Below, in pieces: positions 26,104-37,865 of a stretch of 64,000 bases of DNA. The stretch is taken from assembly GCF_004010195.1 (NCBI RefSeq), contig NC_057735.1, positions 27,832,930-27,896,929 of the forward strand, given 5' to 3'. Made by a program: the position numbers and the translations under genes. The first letter of the stretch is position 1, and every line of letters starts with the position of its first letter. The notes under the pieces are model-generated. The model was not told where the DNA came from. It searched no databases and was given only the letters and a program-made list of their open reading frames with translations. The DNA is from Chiloscyllium plagiosum. Its lineage: Eukaryota.

Positions 26104-28995
26104 CTTGCCAAAAGTAGATAAACCTGCATGTTTAATGCTGATTGCATTTTTGAACAATTAGTCTATTTTACTGTTGGTAATTACTTAAGCCACCACACCC
26201 TGGGTGTAGTCAGGACAGGTGGATATCGATAACCAATTACCTCGAGCAGGCTTTAACAGTCATATTAATTTAGTCTGTGGTGGCAATGATTTCTGGCAAA
26301 GAGTTTTGACATAACCCACAATAATTCTGACAATGTTTCTCATGTCAGAATGAAAATAAAGACTGAAATTGATAGTGTTAACACATCTTTCTGTTCAAAT
26401 TTCTTACAAATCTGAAAAATATTCAAATGGTTCACTTCAAGGTTTTGAATGACTTGTCTCTAAGGAACATTTTTTTTAAAAAATGATTCTTTCTCATTGT
26501 TAAGAAAATACTAAAGACTAGACAGACATTTGTGATACCAGCTGGAGCTTGATTTAAATGAAATACTATGTAAATTGTAAATTACAATTCAAGTATTAAA
26601 CTAGCTGTATGTAAAGCATTTTACTCTATTTAAAATGTGTTGCCTTCATGAAAAATGTTTGGCAAATTTATTTTTTTAATATTTCAATGAAAGTGCATCA
26701 AAGGCATCACATCATTTTCGTCACAATTACTTAATACAATTGGGCATTTTAGCATCAGAATGCATGTACAAACAATTGTTTAATGAAGATCTATTCTGCA
26801 CGTCTTTGCCATTAACAAACACAAGCCTGAAATCACAAACATCAATAAAATGGCAATTTCTTGTTTTTTTTTCCCAGAAAGGCGGACTTAAATTTGTGTA
26901 TTTTATAATAAGAGACTTTTAACTTACATGAGAGGGGAGGAGATGGGGCAACTTCTTATAGAATATGGTTTAAGAAACCTTTCTCATCCTTTAATGAGAT
27001 TTACACACTTTTCATCCTGAAAAGGATTAAATCTTTAGGTGCTGACTGGGTCTGATCTGAAGTAAATGATATGAGTTACTTATGCTGTAATGCGTCAATC
27101 AAATTCAAGACATCTGTACAAGCATCATGTTGCTGCAGCAGATGAAAAATATTTGAGGACTGTCAGGATAAATTTGGCCAATAAATGAATCTTGCTTTTG
27201 ATGTCCTAATATTTTTAATGATGATTGTGAAGTGCTAGCTTAAATAAACAAGCTTTTTTTTAAAAAAAGTACATGATTCTTACATTGTTGCTGCAACCGT
27301 CATGGGTGTCCAGAGAGAAGCAACAGATAGGGTAATTAGCCTGTCCAACTTACACTGAAAATAGTTGAAATGGTGAACATTTCAACTTATGTTTCAATAA
27401 TATTTTAATTTGCTTTTAAGTCCATACTTTGGAAAGATAATGAAAAGAGGCACTGTCAGAATTCATTACAGTTTCATGACTGCAGGCATTAAATTAGTTA
27501 ACAGCCAAAAATAAGAATATTTAGGTCTTGCACAAAAATCTGTATAATGTCAACATACTTATTCTGTTTTGTACCTCCAGTTTTTCTTGAAACACTTCCC
27601 TGAAAAAAGTATCGTTTAGGGAGAATTGTTTGCATTAAGAATGTGTTTTCTCTGTAGATTTATTGAAATTGCTGTTCCCTCAACATCTACAAGCAGGACT
27701 GGCACATTAAAGACAGTTATCATGCTAATGTAGTTACTTCTTTAATTTGAATTTTGAACTTTACTGCCTGAACATTGAACATCAATTATTCTGGATCTTT
27801 CATGCTGCACAATGTTTTGGAAATAACAAATTGTGGAAATTTTATTGACTTTCCCTACATGGTCGCCTATGCCTGATCCTCTGATTAACAGGAGGAATAG
27901 ACAACAATTGCTGTCTTTGCCAGTGATTTCGAAATCCTGGGAAATAATAAAGAACTAAAAGTAGGTCATCAGGCCAATTTTTAATAATTTGGAGGGTCAA
28001 ATTGGTAGCTTAAACCTTTCTGTCTTGACTGGAGCACAAATTTGTTCACAACTTGATTATAATAGTTCAATGCTTATTAATTCATTAAGAGTAAATGCAA
28101 TATTCAATGTTATTGAGTGAAATTTCAAATGAGTAAGTGCATAGATTTAAGGTGAGGATTAGTGCATTTAAAAGGCCAATGTTAGTAACTGAACATTATA
28201 TATTTTTAAAAAATATATTCTGTAAAAGCCAATAAAAACCTTAGACTAAATCATGTAGATTCTACGCAATCAATTACACTATAGACAAAGAATTATCAGG
28301 ACCTTGGAGACAGCGTACAGATTTTCCATAAAGAGTGCAGTTATTCTCTTATTTTTACACTACAGCACTATGGATGCAAAACTGACAGTATAACATGCGA
28401 GTCATATCCCAATCTGAATCCAGAGAGGAGACATATAATAGTGCATGAAAAGCTATTGAACTGCTTAGGTATGAAACTGCATGTGTCAATTGCGTTAAAT
28501 GCTTTAAGAATTGCTCTGGGCATTTTGTAACATCAAAAAATTGAATATTGCATTGTATTCTTGCAATATCAACTGTAAGAGAAGTTCTGTGTATATATGT
28601 AAATAAATATGTAGAAAATTCTTTAATTACACAAAGAATGAAGTCTCCACCAAGGTAGTCCAATACAGGTACTGTAAGACTGAAATACATTCTGAGCTAA
28701 GACCAATATAAACATATTCTGAACTAAGACTAAGCAATACTGTACTATTGTAAGTTAACTCATCCACTATGCATCCCTCTCTCTTATCTAAAAACGCTGA
28801 AAGGACCTCAAATCTTTTAGGCAATTGCAAAGGCTGAGGCCTCAGCACTTAAGCTCTTTGGGTCCCCTTACTTTCCTCGCTTGTTGTCATATCTTCCTTT
28901 CCCGGACCAGTGGCCAGATCAGAAGTTCCAACTCTGAGGGGTGCGATTGCCTCCCAGAACAAAATGGCCTGTTATCATTCCCTCTGCTCGATCTG

Positions 28996-29495
28996 NNNNN
29001 NNNNNNNNNNNNNNNNNNNNNNNNNNNNNNNNNNNNNNNNNNNNNNNNNNNNNNNNNNNNNNNNNNNNNNNNNNNNNNNNNNNNNNNNNNNNNNNNNNNN
29101 NNNNNNNNNNNNNNNNNNNNNNNNNNNNNNNNNNNNNNNNNNNNNNNNNNNNNNNNNNNNNNNNNNNNNNNNNNNNNNNNNNNNNNNNNNNNNNNNNNNN
29201 NNNNNNNNNNNNNNNNNNNNNNNNNNNNNNNNNNNNNNNNNNNNNNNNNNNNNNNNNNNNNNNNNNNNNNNNNNNNNNNNNNNNNNNNNNNNNNNNNNNN
29301 NNNNNNNNNNNNNNNNNNNNNNNNNNNNNNNNNNNNNNNNNNNNNNNNNNNNNNNNNNNNNNNNNNNNNNNNNNNNNNNNNNNNNNNNNNNNNNNNNNNN
29401 NNNNNNNNNNNNNNNNNNNNNNNNNNNNNNNNNNNNNNNNNNNNNNNNNNNNNNNNNNNNNNNNNNNNNNNNNNNNNNNNNNNNNNNNNNNNNNN
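28996..29495. other. Assembly gap (500 N)
   Basis: Run of N. Confidence 1.
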
Positions 29496-31059
29496 ACTTT
29501 TTGTCTAAGTTGTAGATTTCAAATTCTATCATCACTTTGAATTTATGACAATCAATAGTTATTTTTACAAACAACATTTTGACTGGAAAGCAAAAGAAGC
29601 TATAATCTACGTTGTAACTTCTGTAAGCAACTTCTTTGTATTCAGAATTTCCTTCTTGTATTATTTTGAGACTACAGGAGCTGGTTACTTTAAACTCTTT
29701 CCTGGGAGCTTCCATATAGTTCAATTTAAATCTATTCAACAATTCCCCATTCTGTTGTGTTCAGTTCATTAAACAGCCTCTTCTCTTACATGTTTGTGTT
29801 TATAAGTCACAATTTGCAAACAGGAGAAGCTACATGCATTACTTCCTCAAATGTTATTTTAACTCAGATCTTTGAATATTCCTAGATGTATTGTATTGGG
29901 CAGTTTTGAAATAAAATGTCACATTGCACTCATCTAGGCATCTTCAACTTTTAGAATGCCTGAATTCCATTACCTAGCAAGCTAAAGACAGCAAATGCCT
30001 GGAACCACCTGCAAGTTCCCAGTCAGACCACAAATCTATCTGACTTGGAACTGTGTTGTCATTTGTTCACTGTTCTTGATTAAAATTCTGAAATACCCTT
30101 CCTAATTGCATTGTAAGAATGTACATCCACCAGATGTACTGAAGTGGTTCAAGAAAGCAACTCACACTATCTTTTCAACGGCAACAAAGAATGGATAACA
30201 AATTATGACTTTGTCAATGAAGCTCACATCCCATGAAAACACACTTAAAAACAATGCACTGCAGTATTACTGCAGTCATTGAATGATCTACTTCTTTGCC
30301 TAATTCATATGCTTGTAGTGTCAGAAAGTCTCTTTTAAGGAGTTTCATGTCAGTTGGCTGAATATTCAATTTTGATATTGGACTTATGCTGCTACAAAAC
30401 CACAATTAGAAGTGATAGAATTGTTACAGTCTAGGAGGCGTAATGAGAATTCTTAATTATCTTAAAGTAAAATTTCTGCATTATATTCTGCATCCAGAGA
30501 AGATCAGAAAGACACAGCAGCATGCTTTGCTGATGCAAGATCAGCCCGATTTTTAAAAAGAAATGTGAATAAATTATTGTTAAATGTGTTTCAGAACATG
30601 AAATTGACTTTGATATTTTTTAAAAGTTAAACCATTTTTCACTAATCTTTTTACCAATAATGTTTACAAAATATTTTGTGGTTTAATTTTTACATGGAAA
30701 ATTGATTTAAACCTATGCTAAAAGTAATTCATAAACTGGTCTAAAGTAGAAGTCAACCCTGAGAATTGGTGAGTGATTTTATTACTATTATCAAAAAAGT
30801 ACAATCTATAAAAATAATACTGCACAAATCTGGACAGCTGGATAAACTATCAAACAACATACATTAACTGTCATCACTATGTTAATATTTATTGCATTTT
30901 ATGGATATGTGCTCTTCAAAGGAATTGTAGAGAATAGGAAACGTATCTGTTTCTATGAAAACAAAATATTTTGATGGGAATCTTTTTGTTTCAGAAGATG
31001 ATGTTTTATATTGCTATGGTACGAGGAAGATTCATTCAATAAATTAGTTACCTCTTAAC

Positions 31060-31067
31060 TATATAAA
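31060..31067 (+). promoter_or_regulatory. TATA box of the motilin gene
   Basis: TATATAAA about 90 nt upstream of a plausible donor (GAG|GTACAG at 31156/31157) and about 1 kb upstream of coding exon 2. Confidence 0.65.
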
Positions 31068-31089
31068 GGATCTGCAAGCAAGCATTTAT

Positions 31090-31156
31090 CTTAGAAAGAG
31101 AACTGCAAAATACAGAACTCAACAAAGAAGATTCACAACAGTACAACTGCACTGAG
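31090..31156 (+). other. MLN: Putative non-coding exon 1 of MLN (start approximate)
   Basis: Lies between the TATA box and a GT donor; exon 2 has an acceptor 7 nt before the ATG, implying an upstream non-coding exon as in mammalian MLN. Confidence 0.55.
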
Positions 31157-32045
31157 GTACAGCATAGTTTTTTTTAATAAGGATTTTGTGTATTGATGAA
31201 TGCATTTTTGTGGTTACTGTCAACTTATTGACACACGTGTGTCTCTTTTATTCACTACTTTTAAACAGTGCACCTATACATCAATGACCTACTCTGAAAG
31301 TGTTGCTTTTTGCTATTATCATTTATATTGTCATGAAGCTAGCTCTGCATATGGTGACAGACTTAAGCAGACATTCACTTCTAAGTGAATTTTAAGTGTC
31401 TTGAAAGTAGGATTGGGAATGTGTAATTTTTCTTTGGAGATCCAAGATCAGCCATTCTTTTATAAAAATAGAAACATTGATTGGTCATTCATATACTGGA
31501 AGGTGAAGAAAGGACTGTAAATACAGAGAAAAGTAAATCTTGAAACCTAAGTGCACAAGTTAATGTTTAAGGGCAGAATTGGGAACCAAATTCACTGGAA
31601 GAATGAAGTTTGATGTCTTTTTCCCAAGTCAGAAGCAATTAATTCCTTTATTTGAAAGAAAGATATGTTGATATTTGAGCTGAAAACTGACGTTAACAAA
31701 GGATATTGAATTTTTAATGAATGTTTATCGAAATCTTTAGTACAAATGAATTGTATTCCTTAACAGTGATTTTTTTTGACAAATCCTGGATCGCTTGCTT
31801 GGAGTTTAACATTTTTAACTATTCACTTCAAAATTATTTAAAATTTAGATAAAAGCAAAATTGATTTACAATGTGGTATCATTTGTAGTTTTAAATAAGT
31901 ATCATATCTCCAGCCAAATATAGTTGATATACTGTTCGTAAGTCTGTATGAATAAATGAATCGATATGTGATTAATTAATTACTGTTGTGTTGTATTTTT
32001 CATTTATTATTCTTTAAAAAAAATGTTTCTGCTTTCAGGTCAAAG

Positions 32046-32162
32046 ATGATTTCTAGGAGAGTAATGATAAATCTGATGGTGGTTTGCATTGTTGCAATGC
32101 TGGCAGAACAGACTGAGGGGTTCCTGACTTTTTTGAGCCCAAGAGATTACCAAAAAAAGATT
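32046..32162 (+). CDS. MLN: Prepromotilin exon 2: 25-aa signal peptide plus mature residues 1-14
   Basis: MISRRVMINLMVVCIVAMLAEQTEG|FLTFLSPRDYQKKI versus human MVSRKAVAALLVVHVAAMLASQTEA|FVPIFTYGELQRMQ, the same 39 codons; acceptor at 32037-38, donor GTACGT; tandem and upstream of LEMD2 as in human. Confidence 0.93.
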
Positions 32163-32401
32163 GTACGTAAAACACTTATTACACAGTTTTAATACTTGTT
32201 TGTTTGCGTTTTAAGCAGATTATGCCATTTTTACTTGCAAGTTTGTAATATGTAATTTGTGAAGAAAGAAGGATTGCATTATAATACAGATAAAATGTCC
32301 ACATGTGGTGCAGTCTTGCCCCAGGAAACTCAAATCTGATTTTGTTAGGATTAATTATCTGCTTGTGAAATGTCATTTGACATTATATTTTTGTTTCAAA
32401 G

Positions 32402-32506
32402 GAAAATTACAGAGTGGGAAAAGGTGTGCCAATGAACCTCCAAAAGAGATCTGAAGAAAATAATTTACCAGAAGTGTCCAGTATGGAAGAAATGAAAGTA
32501 ATAAAG
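32402..32506 (+). CDS. MLN: Prepromotilin exon 3
   Basis: ttgtttcaaag| ENYRVGKGVPMNLQKRSEENNLPEVSSMEEMKVIK |GTAGAT; phase 0-0; QKRSEE and the terminal IK match motilin precursors. Confidence 0.9.
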
Positions 32507-32644
32507 GTAGATAAATGGAAAATAAAGTTGGATAGTTTTTTTTGTACAAACTAGTTCTTCAATCTGATGTTTGTACTGATAAGAACCTATAGAAAGCAAA
32601 CGTGAAAATTTCAGCTTGCTTTAGGCCATATGATATCATGGCAA

Positions 32645-35470
32645 AATGGTGCAGCAAACATTCAGCCGATCAAATCTGCTCCACCATTTGATCGTGGCTG
32701 ATGTTTCTCAACCTCATTCTCCTGCTTTCTTCCCATAACCATTGACCTTCTTGCTAATCAAGAACATACCTATCTCTACCTTACATACATGCAATGGCTT
32801 GGCCTACACAGCCTTCTGCAGCAATAAATTCCACAGTTAACTATCCTCGCTGAAGAAATTCCTCCCCGTCTCAGTTCTAAAGGGTAATTCACTCTGAGGT
32901 TGTGCCCTCGGATCCTCGTCTTTCCTGTTAGTGGAAGCATTTCTCTGCATCCACAGTATTCAGGCCTCTCAGTATTCTCTAATTTTCAATCAGATCTCCC
33001 TAATCCTTCTAAACTGCATTGAGCACAGATCCAGAGTCCTCAACTGCTCCTCATGTACCAAGCCCTTAATCAGTGGGATCATTTTTGCAAACCTCCTCTG
33101 GACCCCCTCCAATGCTGCACATCTTTCCTTAGGTACAGGGCCCAAAACTGCTCAGAATATTCCAAATGTGGTCCGACCACAGCATTATACAGCCTCAGCA
33201 GTAAAACTCTACTCTTGTATTTGATCCCTATTGAAATGTATGCTAACATTGCATTTGCTTTCCTAACTCCCAAAGGAACCTCCATGTTAACTTTAAAAGA
33301 ATCCTGAACAAGGACTTCTAAGTCCCTTTGTGCTTCACATTTATGAAGCCTTTCCCTATGTAGAAAATATTCTATGTCTCAACTTTCCTATCAAAATATA
33401 TTACCTCATATTTTTCCACATTATATGCCATCTGGCACTTCTTTCCCCATTCTTCCAGCCTGTCCAAGTCCTTCTGTAGCCTTCACACTGCCTCAACACT
33501 ATCTGTCCCTCTACCTACCTTTGTGTCATCTGAGAACTTAGCAACAATGCATTCAGTTCCTTTTTCCAGACCATTAATGTACTATAGGTCTGGTCCCAAC
33601 ACTGACCCCTGCGGAATCCATAGAGTCAAAGTCATATAGCACGGAAACAGACCTTTTGGCTCAACTCATCCATGTCAATCAGGTTTCCTAAACCGAATTA
33701 GTCTCATTTGTCTGTGTTTGGCCCATATCTCTCTAACCCTTTCCTATCCATGTACCTGCCCGACTATCTTTTAAATGTTGTGCTTGTATTCGCCTGTATC
33801 ATTTCATCTCGTTCCATATATGCACTGCCCTCATGTAGAAACGTTGCTCCTCAGGTCTTTTTCAATCTTTCCCCGCTCATGTTAAATCCATGCCCTTCAC
33901 TTTTGGATTCCCCTTACTCTGCGGAAAAGATCTTGGCTCTTCACCTTATCCATACCTCTCATAATTTTATAAACCTCCATAAGGTCACCCCTCAGCCTCC
34001 TATGCTCCAGAGAAAAAAAGTCCCAGCCTATCTAGACTCTCTTTATAACTCAAACCCTCCAGTCTCAGTAACATTCTAGCAAATTGTTTGCGTACCCATT
34101 CCAGTATAATAACATTCTTCCTGTAGCAGGGCGATCAAAATCATATACAGTACTCCAAATGCGGCCTTTCCAATGTCTTGTAGAGCCATAGAATAATGTC
34201 CCAACTCCTGCAGTCAATGTGCTCTGACCGACGAAGACAAGTATACCAAACACCCTTTTTACCACCCTGTCTACCTGTGACATCACTTCTTAGGAACTTT
34301 TACTTTCCCCAGGGCCCTACTATTAAATGTGTAAATCCAGCTCTCGTTTGTCTTACCAAAATGCAACACCTCATATTTATCTAAATTAAACTTCATCTGC
34401 CACTTCTTGGCCCACTGGCCCAGTTGATCTAGATCCTGTTTTATTCTTAGATAACTTTCTTCACTGTCCACTATATCAACACTATACCACCAAAACTTAC
34501 TAAACATGCCTCACATATTCTCATCCAAATCATTTATATAAGTGATGAACAATAGTGGACCCAGCACCGATCCTTGCGGCACATCACTGGTCAAAAGCCT
34601 CCAGTTTAATATCAACCCTCCACTAACACCCTCTGACTGCAATGGTCAAGGCAATTTTGAATCCAGTTGGCTAGCTCTCCCTGGATCCCATGTCATCTAA
34701 CCTTATAATCAGTCTACCATGTGGAACCTTAGTGAAGGCCTTGCCAATGTCAATGTAGATAATGTCTACCACTCTGCTTTCATTTATCACTACTCACCAG
34801 CTCTCTGCCTTCTGCCAGTCAGCCAATCCTGTAACTATGCCAGTCAGTACCTTGCCCCTAAATCCATGAGCTCTAAGTTATTAAGCAGCATCCCATGCGC
34901 ACTTTGTCAAAGGCCTTCTGGAAATCCAGATAGGACAGTTCCTTTGGCTGTCCTTTGTCTAACTTGCTTGCTACTTCTCAAAGAATTCTCACAGATTTGT
35001 CAGGCATGACCTCCCATTCATGAAATCATGCTGACTCAGCCCTATTTTACCATGTACTTTCAAATACTCTGCAATCTCATCCTTAATAATGGACGCTAAA
35101 ATCTTACCAACGATCAAATTCAGGCTAACTAGTCTATAATTCCCTATGATCTGCCTCCTTCATCTCTTAAACAGAGTTGTTACATCAGCCATTTTCCAGT
35201 CCTTTGTGAGACTACCTGAGTCTAGAAAAGTCATGATCAATGCCTCCACAATCTCCTCAGCTATCTCCTTCAGAATTCAGGGTATAGTTCATCTGGTTGA
35301 GATGATTTATCAACCATCAGTCCTGTTAGCTTCTCCAATTCGTTTTTAGTGATGGCCACTACACTCAACTCTGCCCTAACTCTGTTGAAGTTCTGGAATG
35401 TTGCTGATGTCTTCCAATTTGAAGACTGAGGCAAAGTAGCTATTCAGTTCCTCTGCCATTTCTTTGTTCA
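32645..35470 (-). mobile_element. CR1 LINE in MLN intron 3 with a nested HER1-type LINE (about 33618-34785)
   Basis: RKANAMLAYISIGIKYKS...GPHLEYSEQFW; a second 3' tail begins at about 33618 and the outer element resumes at about 34790. Confidence 0.85.
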
Positions 35471-35833
35471 CTATTACTACCTCTCCAGCCTCTTCTGAAT
35501 CTAATCTCTTATGTAATCTATCTCTTTACCTCCCATTGATAGCTCTATACTTAGTCATCTAGTTTTCACACTCCAGAATTCCCTGCTAATTCCCTGCACC
35601 TTTCCATTTCATTTCAACACATATCTTTGACCAAATTTTTGATCACTACTTCTGACTTCTCCTTTGACTTTGTCCAATTTTGTCTGATTATACATTATGA
35701 AGTTTTTGACATTATTTTTACATTGAAAGCATTAGACAAAATAAAGTTCCTGACCACTTTTATTCACAGGAAACATTTGTATCCTATTTTGTAATACCTA
35801 CTTTATAAATTTTTGTACAGCCTTGTTTTATAT

Positions 35834-35944
35834 GGGCATTTGTGAGACAGTGGTAGTATCCCTACCTTTGAGCCAGAAGGCCTATGTTCAAGTCCCAGTG
35901 CTCCAGACGTGTGTAATAACATCCCTGAACAGGTTGATTAGAAA
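35834..35944 (+). mobile_element. Short tRNA-derived SINE abutting the MLN exon 4 acceptor
   Basis: cagtggtagtatccctacc...gttcaagtccc...taataacatccctgaacaggttgattagaaa; sister copies at about 42020, 50510, 58545 and 59080-59460. Confidence 0.65.
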
Positions 35945-35958
35945 CTTTTTTTTTACAG

Positions 35959-36067
35959 CTTTGTGTTCCTTTTGAAATTGGGATCAAGTTGAGTAGCAAA
36001 CAATTTCAGAAATATGGAGAACATCTGGGTGAGCTCCTGCAAAACATTTTGTCAGAAAACAAAAATG
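35959..36067 (+). CDS. MLN: Prepromotilin exon 4 (motilin-associated peptide core)
   Basis: T-tract-acag| LCVPFEIGIKLSSKQFQKYGEHLGELLQNILSENKN G|GTAAGA; matches the motilin/ghrelin-associated peptide motif. Confidence 0.93.
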
Positions 36068-36258
36068 GTAAGACAGATTTTACTCAGTCTTTGAAATTTA
36101 ACTTCAAAGGATACAGAGAAAAGCTATAAAACTTAAAATCTTGTAATGATCATACTGTAACATATGCTGATAATTAATCAAGAATGAAATATATCTCTGT
36201 ATAATTGTTTAATCACTCATTAGTTTAATAAATATGTTTTATTTAAGTTTAAGTTTGT

Positions 36259-36548
36259 GGGCAGCACAGTGGCACAGTGGTGAGCACTGCTGCCTCACAG
36301 CGCCAGAGACCCGGGTTCAATTCCCGCCTCAGGCGACTGTCTGTGTGGAGTTTGCACATTCTCCCCGTGTCAGCATGGGAGAATGTGCAGGTTAGGTGAA
36401 TTGGCTATGCTAAATTGCCCGTAGTGTTAGGTGAAGGGGTAAATGTAGGAGAATGGGTCTGGGTGGGTTACGCTTCGGAGGGTCGGTGTGAACTTGTTGG
36501 GCCGAAGGGCCTGTTTCCACATTGTAAGTAATCTAATCTAATCTAATC
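36259..36548 (+). mobile_element. HE1 SINE (internally deleted)
   Basis: tRNA head; (TAATC)n tail. Confidence 0.9.
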
Positions 36549-37009
36549 TTAAACAGCTACTGAGTAGGGAATGGCATAGTAAAAATGTCACTGGACTAGT
36601 TACCCAGAGGGCAGGTTAATACTTTGGAAAACAAAAAATAATTGCTCCTGGAATTTTTCTTTTTGTTTCATATTTTCAACATCCACTGTTCTTTGTTTTA
36701 TAATAATCTATGGATACTGGTTTTAATGGCGAAATTTAAATTCAATTAGTAAAATCTGTAATTAAAAGTTAGTCTGAAAACCATGTAATTCATTTTAGGG
36801 AAGGACATCTTCCATCCATACAGAGTCTGGCCTATGTGTCATTCCAGAACCACTGCAATGCAGTTGACGCTAAACTAATTAATATAGTAAGCCACTCTAT
36901 TGAAGAGGAATTGTGATAAGCAACAAATAGTAGGCCTGTCCATGATGCTCATATCCCTCAGAAAATTTAATTAAAAATAAAGTTATTGCTAATCAGATCT
37001 AGATATAAA

Positions 37010-37578
37010 TTGGAGCTTAGTTGAACCTTTTCTGGTCAGATCACATTTGGAATATTGTGCCCAGTTTTGGGCTCCATATCTCAGGAAGGATGTACAGACC
37101 CTGGAGTGTGAGTAAAGGAGGTTCATGAGAATGGGCCCAGGAATGAAAAGCTTAACATATGAGGAATGTTTGAGGACTTTGGGTTTATACTCAGTGGAGC
37201 TTAGAAGGATGAGGGGGATCTAATTGAAACATACAGAATACTGAATAGCCCGGAGAGAGCAGATGTTGTTTCCATTGGTAGGAGAGATTAGGATCTGAGG
37301 GCATAGCTTTAGAATAAAGGAAAGACCTTTTAGAACAGAGATAAGGAGAAACTTCTTCATCCAGAGAGTGGTAAATCCATGGAATTCATTGCCATAGAAG
37401 GCTGTGGAGGGCAGGTCATTCAGTATACTTAAGACTGAGATAGATATACTCTTGAATATCAAGGGTTACGGGGAGAAAGTAGGAGAATGGGGTTGAGAAA
37501 TACATCAACCATGATTGAATGGAGGAGCAGACTCGATGGGCTGAATGGCCTAATTTCTGCTCCTATGTCTTATGGTCT
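37010..37578 (+). mobile_element. CR1 LINE 3' fragment in MLN intron 4
   Basis: Reverse-complement homolog of 32660-33200; cctatgtcttatggtc tail. Confidence 0.85.
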
Positions 37579-37755
37579 TTAAATACTGTACAAGTTTTGA
37601 ATGGTTATATAATTCTTGATGGCATTTTTTCAATGTAAAAGCTATCTTGAAATCTACATTATTTTTACACTTAGATATTGTGTGAGAATTACATGATATT
37701 CAAAGATATGTAGACACTGACAATAATTTTGTTTCTTTTCCTTTTTTCAAAACAG

Positions 37756-37763
37756 GTCAATGA
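37756..37763 (+). CDS. MLN: Prepromotilin exon 5 coding end (G-Q-stop); total protein 112 aa
   Basis: Long pyrimidine tract then aacag|GT CAA TGA, phase-1 compatible; AATAAA about 100 nt downstream. Confidence 0.78.
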
Positions 37764-37859
37764 CTTCAGCAAATCAGGCTGATTAAATATCGATGTATAG
37801 TTCACAAGTGACAGAGAACAGTTGTAGGAAACTTTTATGTATAGGAACATTTAATAATT

Positions 37860-37865
37860 AATAAA
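37860..37865 (+). terminator. Polyadenylation signal of MLN
   Basis: AATAAA 97 nt after the stop, followed by a T/GT-rich stretch (ttttgtgtgg). Confidence 0.6.

Noticed and set aside
28825-29742. Long ORFs of 200-255 aa, and the similar ones at 5670-6128
   Set aside because: They are artefacts of reading through N gaps
32046-37763. Calling the hormone gene ghrelin
   Set aside because: The mature peptide starts with Phe rather than Gly, the signal peptide is motilin-type (AML..QTE), and it is adjacent to LEMD2 like MLN
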